Assembly (NCBI GenBank): GCA_051294905.1
Contig: CM119377.1
Location: 4,898,001-4,962,000 of the forward strand
Length of the DNA stretch: 64,000 nt
From: Botryllus schlosseri
Lineage: Eukaryota
Reading direction: 5' to 3'
Position 1 is the first letter of the stretch. Each line of letters starts with the position of its first letter. The position numbers and the translations under genes were made by a program. Shown here in pieces: positions 47,501 through 59,500 of this stretch. Below the pieces are notes generated by a model. That model was given only the letters and a program-made list of their open reading frames with translations, searched no databases and had not been told where the DNA came from.

Positions 47501-50500
47501 AATGCACATACCAGTGAATAATGTTGACCTATGCATTGTCAGCTGAATACTACTCTCACAAAATTTTAGTGTCCTGCTGTGTGTCAGCTGTGGCACTTGT
47601 CAATATTATGCATTCACTATCATTCACTGTGCCAGTCATGTGGAATTGTAGGTTTTGCATTGAGGGGATCTTACTCAACTAGTAATATGTTGCTTTTTCT
47701 GTTTTAATGCTCTCCACTTGAGCCAAGTTTTAATGCATATAGTTATGATTATTATGCTGCTGTTTGCAGGGTGATCCATGACTGCCAGTACAAAGCAAAC
47801 TATTTACTATTTGTAGACCCAGGACTTTGTTTGTAGACTTAAATAATCACCATTGAAGTCGCTGAAATGGTTCGAATGCTATTTTTCTAAAAATTCTTGC
47901 TATTTCAGATCGATGGGGTAGCGGTCTCAAAGCCCCAAAAAGAGAAAAAGATAGGCCACAGGCGTGTGGACGCCACTACTGGGCAGACTACGTACAAAAA
48001 GGTATGTGAACTATGGGTGTTGATGTTGTTAAATCTGATTAGAATGTTGTTACGTTTCTCATACCCCACAAAAGTTAATCTTGACACGTTTTATGAATAG
48101 ATGAGGAGATGCATCAATTGCAATATTTTAATATCACTGTATATAGTGATTGGTATCGAGTTTGGCACGTTCTGCTGTCACTTCGCTTTTATTGAGACTA
48201 CTTTAATTGCAAACTGCGACAAATTTCACAAATTTTCACTTCTGCCGCTATTGTTGTTGTATATTTGTCTTCCTGCGGCCCTGTCCAGAGAGTTCAGAAT
48301 GCAGTCAAGACCCATTAGCGTTGTACTGCTCCTAACTGGACGCTACAAAAATAGATCGCTTGCAGAGACGTTTGGCTGCAACAGAAGTATATGTCTTCCT
48401 GATTATGACGTTCATCATTGATTTAAAGCAATATTCCCGGAAGTGTATATATTTGGGTGAAACAGTTTCAAGGTTTGAAGCGGTTATGCTATGGTCTTGG
48501 TCATTTCATCTCATGGGTACTTTGAAGCTTTGAATGGATTCAGACCTGCTTTGACATTGCAATTAACGATGACAACTCCTATCAACACACCAATCGTCGA
48601 TTTGCTTCACTAGGATTATATTGTTTTAAACATTGTCATGTTAAATCCGTGTGACACTACTTATATATACGGATATTTATAAATGCTTTATCTTACTTAC
48701 TCAAGTGCAAATGGAAGCATGGCGTGGACCTTACCTAGTTGAAAATAAATTCAAACCTGGGATTTGAGCCACTGATTCAACTATTTTATCATCTAAATAG
48801 CCTACAAGTAGCGATTTCCATAATGTGAACCTGAACCTTTCTCGATTGATATCAATTTAAAGCCCGAAGCAGAATAGTTTGGTAATATCTAGACCCCATC
48901 GTCTGCTTTGAGCCGTGCCATTCAACTGGGGATCAGTCACACTGTCGGCGGAATTACTTCAAAGCCCGAGCGGGATGTTTTACTGCAAGATTTTCAAGTT
49001 GTGGAGACGACCATGTTTCCTTCGTGAGTAATTGGCATATGACTTTTTTATATTTTTGACTGCCTTTGATGGTCAGTTGAATTGCCTGCTGCGTGGGTTC
49101 TACAAAATTATCTCTGGGCTTGGAAACCACAGTCTCTTTTAAGTCAGCGAACCAGGAAACTTGGTACAATTACCGTCGTTCGTTTGGTGGTTGCATGACC
49201 ATCTTGTATCAAGTTGACTTCTCTGTAAAGGTTTGATCTGAATACTTATTAATCTTGAAGTGATCAATCTACTTGGCGATGTTTTTCACAAAAATGGACG
49301 CCTTAAGTCACAAGCCCTTAAATCGTTGTATTCGTGAACCGCGTGTTTTTGTACTGGTCCGTGGTTCATTCGTTAGTTAGTTTTCAGCCATCGGCCCCTT
49401 CTGGAAAAAGATCAAAGTTTCAGACTGTTCCCAACCAAATATTCCAAAACTTTACTTGTATTAATAAACATTTTTAAAGCGACATTGCGTTTGAATTCTA
49501 ATGTAACATTGTTGAAAGGTAATTTGTTACATTGGAGAACCGTCACACACAACTCCGAACAATTTGAGGTGTAATTCATGAGAAAGAAGTAACGGTATGA
49601 TTTTGTCGATTTCCTACGTCGCTCATTGTCCCACTGCTACCCTGCCACGGACCCCTGCTTAGAAACCATGATTTTGAACTGTTTGAATTGACCCTGCACA
49701 AATTTGATGACGGATTTGTCGTTCGAAATTATGCGTACGGGACTTACAATTCAATTTTGTGCATCATTCTATTCTATATTATACAAATCAATTTTATCAA
49801 TATTTCATATGTACAGCGCGGGCTCGAGTACAACACCAGCTCACCACTACGACGATTTCCGCTTCAAAACCTATGCACCTGTCGCTTTCCGTTACTTTAG
49901 AGAACTTTTTGGAATATTACCAGAAGATTATATGGTGAGATTTGTTTTATGAATCTCGTCGATATAAGTTGGAATTTGTGCTGACTCAAATACTGTGGCA
50001 ATTTGGTGCAATAGGCTATGCTGTATACTAGGTGTGAAATATGTAAACTGAAGTGCGGTTGTGTTGTTGTCTAGCATATTTGAAATTTGTGAAGTTGTTG
50101 AGAAAATGCTATAGTCTGTGACTTTCATTTTGATAATAATGGTTGGCCCTGTGAAGCAATGTTGAGTCATGCTGGATGTCTGACTTCTGCGCTTCTACGA
50201 TATGTACACGACATTGAGACGTGTTCCCCCGGTGTGTCAGTTGGGTGAAACAGGGGCCCCCCGACCAATAGCCCACGTCCGCAGACAACTCCTAACCCCA
50301 GTAATGCGCATCGACCAAGTATCATGGGAAGCACAGTGAAACAGTGCAAGTGACGGTCATGGGAAACACTTCAATGTGGTGCGTGCATTTGAAGGAGTAT
50401 GTAATATTTTTAATTAGAGATCTAATGGGATGTGGAAATAGTGAATAAAAATCTATACGCGAGTCGTAGCCGCATGAGATGAATATTTGGCTATCGATTT

Positions 50501-53500
50501 TATGATGGACTTTGACTTCAGCTGAGCAAATTGTCTCGGTGGAATTATAGTAGCCTATGTCCACTTTATCACATTTCTCATTTTTCAAATTGATAGAAAA
50601 CCAAGATTTTGTAAAATTTTATGTTTGTCACATTGTTTCAAAGTTAACCACGGCCAAGATTATCGTCGAAAGAGAAGAAATACTTTACATAAAGTGAATT
50701 TTCTCAAAATATGTAAAATAAACACAAGCTACTTTGATTCCAAAGCGACAAATGTTCACATAGTCGGATCTACCCGAATTTAATCTTGATATAGGTTCAT
50801 ATTTTGCCAATAAATTCATCGTTATTACGACCACTGTTATTGTCTACGCCCAAATATCTGCTTCACTAATTTTCTGACGATCATTACTCGCTAAACGCTG
50901 CTTCAAATGCTTGGAATGAGAGACGTTGAAGTTGATAATTCTCCAGCACTTAATTACACGCTTCTCGAAAGCCGGGCCATCGATTTGATTGCCCGATTGT
51001 CGGCAATTTGAACGTTTTCAAGTATTTTGTTGACGGGGCTTACCTGTATAATGCGACGGGGCACGTTTAACTGGCGGTGTTCCGTTGCAGTTGTCTATCA
51101 TTCGAGAACCTCTCGTCGAACTGTCCAACCCCGGCGCTAGCGGGTCGTTGTTTTTCGTTACTCACGACGACGAGTTCATCATCAAGACCGTGCAACACAA
51201 GGAAGCTCAGTTTCTACAGGAGCTCTTGCCGGGATATTACATGGTACGTCGCCGCCCCCGGGATATTTCGATCGTTGGATTGTTACGACTATTTTGTCCT
51301 TGTGTATGTTTATCATAGTATTGTTATTAGTTAATATTGTTATGGTGTCGTAATTGGTGGTGCTCGAATGTTTGACTCGAATCAAAGCACCCAGATACCG
51401 GTATTAGATTTTGCCATGCTGTATTCGCAAGTTCATTTGATATTATGTCAACACAATGTTCGTCTCGAATTTTATATTTCATCACAGTTGGTAACATGTT
51501 GCTTCGATTGTATTATCGTATGTCAATGAATAATGAAGTTTTGATTTTGTAATTCCTCCAACTCTTTCCAGGATGATGCATACTATGTACAGTTGGCACC
51601 TATAAAAAAATTGAAGCCTTGATTATTGTCGGGGCTTTTGGGTTGCAGTCTTCGTTAGGGCGTGCTATCCTCTGCAGTCGGGCTAATTGGCATTATGATT
51701 CATTACAGTTGCAAAGCTCGCGAGCTTCAAATTTTGCTTTCAAACTGTCATAGATGTGCGTGAAATGACTGCTGTGGTGCATTGCGTTGTTGTCAATAGT
51801 GCAACCAGCTCAAGAGTATACCGCTGAGTAGTATGTAAAGGTGCTGGTTTTTCCCAAGTGTTTCCTTCCAGTTGATATCTCCAAGCGGAAGCTTTGTGTT
51901 TTCAATTCTGCGAAGATGGGGTTGTTTTTCGTGTGGGCTACTAGTGATTGTTGTACATAGAATGATATTTAATGCCTATTGATCTCGATTGCCTGTAAGA
52001 AAGTCCCAGGGTGTTAGTTTACAACAAGAGATGAAAGTGTTGAGTGTCTAATATATTTAAATCCAAGACTTACTGTGGAATTGGGAAGTTCAAATCTGCA
52101 TATAACTGATTCAAATTACGTCAAAAGTCACATGAAAATTACAAATGATTTAAAATTCAACGTCCAAATCTCAAGCCAATTCTGCTTGACTTGTAATTGC
52201 GATCTAAATCACTTTATTGCTTATCTCTACTACTCAAAGCTTAAAACCATTATTCTATTATGAATCTCAAACCAAACATGGCTTCAAAGGGGCACTTGTT
52301 ATCATGTTTTTATTTTGTTACGTATATTGGGTGTTTTTTCATTGAGTGCAAGTCAGCTAATTTGCCTATCAACAAATTTAGAGTTCCCACATGCCAACTA
52401 CTCCATGATAGCAATTGCCACAGTTTGTTTGTCATCCGATATGAAAATCTTTGTCTTGCGATCTATTTGTTCCACAAAGAATAGCTCTGCATGCCTGATG
52501 ATCATTCACTTTTATTCAACTAAGATACCCCAGGAACCGTTATACTGTTCTGAGTAATGTAACACACTCATGGAGTTGATGTTTTATATATATTTTGGTG
52601 AACTAAGTCTTGTTAGCTCTGCAGTAATTTTTTCTGTTCATGAACAATAGCATAAAGCACTGCAAAACTGGTGTTGCACAGTGTGGAAAACCAATCCAAA
52701 GAACATTATCCACTAGACTTTCAAGTGGGCTCTAACAGACTTCCCATTCCATCAGCAATTTTTAAGCTGTAAATGCCAGTCATTGGCTATGTGACACCGA
52801 CTCACTACATACACACTGACACGATATGTGCATATATGCATACCATAAGTGCATGATTTGCATATGCCGCCGAGCAAGGAAGTATCAGATATAGCCTTGT
52901 GAAGCTTTCTAAGTCTTGCGCCACCCCTGCATGCTATACCGGTAATGCTGAGCGCACATGAACGCAAGAATACTTTTGCGACTGTAGATACCTCAGGTCT
53001 ATTCACAAACACCACTCTGGTTACATTAACGCCAATTTCGTGGTCATTTCGTGACTGACGTGTGAACCCAGGCTGTCATTCTGTATTTATAATGGATTGG
53101 GCAATGAATGATGATACCGATTATATTGTGTAGGCATTGCCCGTGATTTATACCGACGCCTAATTTGAACCTTCTATTTTTCAGAATCTCGTCCAAAATC
53201 CTCGTACGCTTTTACCAAAGTTTTACGGCCTCTACTGTATACAAGCGGGCGGCAAAAATATCAGAATGGTTGTGATGAATAATTTGCTGCCAAGGCATAT
53301 AAAGGTAGGTCGGTCAGGATTGTTATTTCATGTATGCGGTGCTATTATGTAGTAACAATGTATGTCTCATATGGGAAATTCCAGTTTCCTGATACTTGAT
53401 CGTAAAAATAATTCATACTGCGTAGGCTACACTGTATAGTTATACTTATCATGGTTTGATGCGCAGTCGACTTGATAACCAAAGATTGTAAAAATTTGTC

Positions 53501-56500
53501 ATTTTTATCGCTGAGATCGGTTTCTTCCTGAATTGTGCAGTCCCCATCCACCTATTGACGATCTTTTTTTCAAGTAAAAATGTTGTCACCTGTAAAAAGG
53601 GGCGTGATTCGGTTTATTGGCCTCTATCCATGGACTGGACTGTTAATCTGAAAGGGCTGCAAAAAAAATATGACCTCAATTTCAAATTCGCAATGGTGTT
53701 CTTGTATGGCAATCTTTCATCTTACACTGCCGATGATCTTTTGAGAAAATTTTTGGTCATCTATTTTCTCATTCCATCGAATGCCAATCTGAAATGGCCG
53801 CAAGAAAATATAAAATTTCCTCAATTTGAAGTTCGCAATGATGTTCTTGTATGGCAATCTTTCATCTTACATTGCCGATGATCTTTTGAGAAAATTTTTT
53901 GTCATCTATTTTCTCATTCCATCGAATGCCAATCTGAAATAGCCGCAAGAAAATATAAAATTTCCTCAATTTGAAGTTCGCAATGATGCTTTTGAATGTC
54001 ATACTTGTCATCTTGCACTGAAATTCCACTAAAATAACTCGTGTCATGGATTTCTGTATGGTAAACCAAGATTGTTACGTGTCAATTTACTGGATTCCCC
54101 GCACTCTACTGTGTAGATGCATTTGAAGTTTGATCTGAAAGGCTCTACGTTCAAACGGAAAGCGTCCAAGGCGGAGAGAGCCAAGACAAGCCCGACGTTC
54201 AAAGACTTGGATATTTTAAGCGACATTCCAGACGGTCTGGTGCTAGAGTCGGATATCCACAATCTCTTAATGAAGACGATGTCTCGTGATTGCTTGGTGA
54301 GATTATGGGATTAGAAATGTATGTATTAATGCATGTTGGTCATTCACGATCCACCATTATTCATTATTCCTACTGCACCGATTCCAGAGAGGTACAGTTA
54401 TATTTTTTCGGCGTGCTGAAGTATGCTTTGCACTATTTGCACAACTTAGTGAAGTTTTTAGATCACTTCAACATCATTTTAGTGAAACTTCCATTACTTT
54501 TTACACTTTCGATATTAAAAATGGGAAGACGGTAGTTTTGTGATTAGTTTGGATCACTTTACGAGTAAAATATTCATAACTACTGTGAGGAATAGCCCCT
54601 ACATCACGGTAACTGAATATATTTTCGGACCAGTAATTTTTTATCAGTTGCAAAGATAAATCTTGCAATTTCCAAAGTTTCCGCTTTCGTTAATCTACCG
54701 AGTATTTTTCTGCCCTTTCATTTTGTGCTGTCGCTTATATAACTGAGTGGAAATACACATTACGTAGGCCGCTTCCAACTTTTAGTTGAGTAGCAACGCA
54801 GACTCTGATCGATTTCCATATTAATGGAGGTTGTTGTGGCACGCTAACCACTTACGACCGACCAATATATAATTCGAACTTCATTCCTGCCGTCAATAAC
54901 TCGGGAGAATTGCATGCAGTAAATTCCCGAGTTGTTTACCGCCTTGGGTATGACTGAACGCATGACCGATGTCATAATTTTGTTTCACAGTAATCTTGGT
55001 ACAAATGATCTCATGAATATGTGAACGCTTTGCTAGTAAGACTGATGCCGTGATTACGGCTTGTCTCGAATCGATCAAGTGTGTTGCTGTCTTGCGTATG
55101 ATTACATTCTTATTCGATTACAGATTGTCATGCACTTGGCGGTGATCTTGTGATTGCTTGCACAGCTCCAGGTCCAATGGTTGTTTGATTCGTTCAAGAC
55201 TTTGTTTTGTGATTTTCCCTGGTGGTCTGTCTGGATAATTCAGTGTGAGCAAGCGTTGCTGATTCACCATCACCTGAGTGTCTGTCTCGTAAAGACACGG
55301 CCAATTTAAGTATCATGAGGTTTATATACCGTCTGATGCTGGTTGAGAAGTCTTTTTTCGTTAGTTCTCAATCTCCTGAGTGTCATTGATGGTTTATTTT
55401 GTGGTTGCTGACGAGATATGACTGTTTAATCCTCTGCGTTATGAAATGCTGCGACACTCAATCAATGGGTCATTGTGGTGATATGGTGGTATGTGATAAG
55501 CAAATTGAATCAGTGTGCATATGCGGCGGCGTGACCAAGGATAGCCTAATATTTAAACAATGCCGGTATTCGTCTGTGTGCAAAGAACCATTTCATAATA
55601 CTCTATCGGTATCACTAGGGGCATGGTGACTAGATTGTTTGTGGAACTATCACTTCATTTTAGTGTAATACCAATCTGACATCTCAATTTTTGCGGCATT
55701 ATGGTTGCATATGTAGGAAATGTGGATGAAGATTCGTTTGCTGAAAGAAAACCAAATTTTTTCATCGGTTTCACTTTTGTTTTCTGTTCATATTTAGCAC
55801 CATTGCATCACCGCTGTATTGATATCGCACTTGAACCTGTGTTACCCCACCACCTCCAGATACGCTTTGCGTAATGTGTCCAATAGCATCAACTTTACCG
55901 CCTAAGCTTTTTCGTATTTAATTTCCGGCAATATGAGTGAGATGACTAGCTAATTGATGATGGCTCGAGTTGCATTGTGTTTCATGCATCAAAAACCTGC
56001 CAAGTGCCCTACCTAGTGCATAACTCGCAATGACATTTTGAATTCCCAGTTCCACGCATGTAACTGATGGTTTATCGCCCGCCCTTGCGTCTATTTTGTG
56101 TTATTGAAATTAATATTGTTAGACATTTTTGTGTTGCGTTCATGTGCGTCGTCCTTTTCAGGTGTTGCGTTCATTCAAGATCATGGACTACAGTCTTCTT
56201 CTTGGTATTCATTATCAGGATCGAGACAAAGTGAGATACTGTTGGCTCGGTTTCTGTGTTTGAACAAAGTAGGCAGGTTTTTACCAGTGAAATCAAAATT
56301 TTATTTGATAACATCTCTGTTGGCACATTGACGACATCGGAAATTTATGTGACAGATATGTCTTGTTAGTTGTTAATATACATCACTAGACTTCTTCCTA
56401 GCCGATCTAGATGCACGAAATCTAGAACCCCCTGCCTCCGCCAGAGATCGGCAACCAGAATTATAACAAGTCTGGTGCTGGAGTCCTTATGTAGTCGAAT

Positions 56501-59500
56501 TCAAGGTTCAAAAACCTACCTTCAGTCTATCATGCAGGGTCTGTGGTGTTAAGCCATACGTTAGAAAGAGGATATTCTCGTTTTCGCTGCTATAATCCAG
56601 TTTCGCTCAGCTCCTTGATGATGTGGCGATGGACATTCGTCCCTCGGGGACTGCTAGTTTGCAACATTCCCTAGAACAGTAACGAGTAAACGACTCCTGC
56701 TAAGTTGGTGATGATTAACCGAAATATAATTCACCAATTCGGCGGTCGATGGTATTTTGATGCCGGTTGTGAATTGAGTTCAGAATAGATCGCGTCTAAA
56801 GCGGTAAATGACGGATGAACAATTCTCTGTGCGCTTTATTTACTCCCGTCGCTTGAATGATTTTGAACTGGCTAATTCCTGTTGCTTGCTGTAGCCTAAG
56901 ATTCCCATTTGTGAAGAACAGGGCTTTCCTGTTATGATCCTTGCTGTAATTGATATAGTCTTGTTGTAAGCAGATATCAGCAGATAAGCAGATATCAGGA
57001 TAACCTTGTAACTGGAGAGGGGCTGAATAAGGGTTTATGGTTTATGTCCGTAGAGCACATATTGCAGCACCAAAATACCGTACGCTGATTTTGAATGGCA
57101 GCGAAGAAAATAGTATATTCATATTGAATCGAACTCGAATATTTTTGCCTGGCAATTTTTTATCAAAATACGCCAACAGAAGTTTGTGTACCACCTAAAA
57201 ATACTACATTGGGGTTGCGCAACCTCTTCGTCCTGATTATTTGAAATTTCGTGATGGTGACGTCATATTTGATGATACTATTGTTGATATACAATGTTCT
57301 TTGCAGTACTCGACTGGTTGCTGACGATTACCCCTGACGAGTGTCAGCTGAAAATATTCGGGTTCATTTCAATATGATATACTGAATATACTAGGCAATT
57401 ATAATCTTGAAGTTCCGTGCCTCCAAGAAGCTCTTCAAACGAAAAAAATGTTTTCATGATCATTGCGGACACGTGGATGATCTTCCTGTCTTGTTTCCGA
57501 ATCAAAATGTTTTCCGTTTTTACTGTATTGTTAATACTAGAAGTAGCTTTGCACGAATCTTTTTTCTTCGCTTACAGCCAAAGGATGAAAAAGCAATGCT
57601 GTCCAGCCGCGAGGACCTGTCGGAATACAGAAAATCTCAAATTTCGGAAGCGTCCGATATGACGTTAGAAAACGACTCGAACGGCGCCCCGTCGAGAAGG
57701 AGAAAGGACCCGGCGAAAAAGGGCGCCAACACGGACTCGATAATGTCCGCGACTTTATTAAGGGAGAAATATTCGACAGACTTGGAATGGTAATAACCGC
57801 TTTGGCAAGATACCTACCTAGTAGTGCTTGCACAATTATTAGGGCAAGTTTCTGCAACTTTTTTTTACAGCTTCCGGCAGCTTCCTAAATACTCAAAAGT
57901 TATGTAGTATGGTGTTTTAAGCTGTTTGGAGGATTCTTATATTGCAACTTTTCTCCATTTTTTTTAATGAAAGAGATTGTATTGCTCTTGTGTATATGTG
58001 TAAGTAACCCTAAATCCAAAGGGATATCTACAAATTCTAATCCACCCCCGGCTTGAAGTTCATGTCAAATGATTGACTCGAATGAAATTGTACGTCCAAG
58101 GCCAGATTTTTAACTGAAAAGTCGTTTCGACTTGAAAATTGCACTGGGCTACTTTTACAAGTTTAAGCTGTAGCTACACAACTTGTTAATATCAGATTGC
58201 GTTTACTTAGGTCTGGCGGTATTCCCGCTACCTCTGCGAAAGGCGAGAAATTATTGCTATTTTGCGGCATCATCGATATACTACAGTGTTATAAGTGAGT
58301 GACGAACGCCGTTTTCTACACGGGCTTGATAGCATCTCTTCTGTCTCTCTGTTGCAGATTGAAAAAGAAATTAGAGCACACGTGGAAGGCCATGGTTCAC
58401 GACGCGGTAAGCTTGGTGGCTTGGTCTTCTGCCGATTGTGATTGCGCATTTTCGTTTTACTGGTGTTCGGGGAGATTGCTGGATTTTCTGTGTGCCTAAC
58501 GCCGTATATTTTTACAGGATAGCGTCTCTGTACACCGGCCTGGGTTCTACTGCGAGCGTTTTCAAAAGTTCATGTCCGATCATGTTTTTAGGAAGGGCCC
58601 AGGTAAGACATGATATCTACGGGGCAACCTTGTGATTTTGCCGAGCAATAAGCGTCTCTGAATCTCAATCTGAGCATTAGGCTTCGAGTCAAGTATTTCA
58701 GTACCTCCCATGATATCGTAAGAGTATGAATGATGCGGAAAATTGAAACGTGTACCTTTTATGTGACCGCGAAGAATTTAATATTATTTTGTATTTTTTC
58801 GACCATACCTATTTCATTACGCTTTGTGACAATGCTGTCATTACTGTGGGCTGATCACGGCGTCGTGTTACATGTTTCATATGCAGCGATACCACCAAGT
58901 TTTACAGTAGGGGGGCTTGTTTGAAAGAAAAATTGAAATTTCACTGGCTGCATGATAAAATTGTTAGGTTGGCTAAAACAACGCAGCACGCCAAATTTGG
59001 CTCAATTCCACATAGTAAATACTATTGAAGCTATAATTCTCGTCGACAAATTAACTCAGTGACATGGAGCGTATGATTTCAGTACCCCGAATATATCGTC
59101 TTTCACTACTCATCTGGAATCATAAAAATTAATACTCGAGCACTCTGAATTCTAATCATTGTGCCCAGCTATAATCACAACCATTAGAATAGTTGTCTGG
59201 CTTATAAGTACATGTAAAATGATATTCATATAATTTGCCTTGTCGTTGCAATTTCACTGTATCTCTTGGGGGTATAAAAATCTAGATATGGTATGTGGCA
59301 AAATTGGGTCCAATGTAGAGTATTGTTTGTTGGTACATAACGCACCGGCACAAATGTATTGAAAGTATATCACCTCGTCGGTGAAATGCCCGTGAGATTA
59401 TAGTCGGTGTGAGTTATTGGATGACGGGCAAAATGAAAAAAAATCAATCGATGGTGCGCAAGCCGGTTGTTGCGTAATCCTGATTTTACAACGGCGTATT

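Noticed and set aside
53730-53770. Hammerhead-like CCGATGA..GAGAAA in the 145-bp tandem unit
   Set aside because: Core is CCGAUGA rather than CUGANGA, and stems I and III do not pair.
56402-56550. Extra PIP5K exon (ORF 56370-56552)
   Set aside because: Phase-0 entry at the AG hits TAG at once, and exons 9 and 10 already join in frame.
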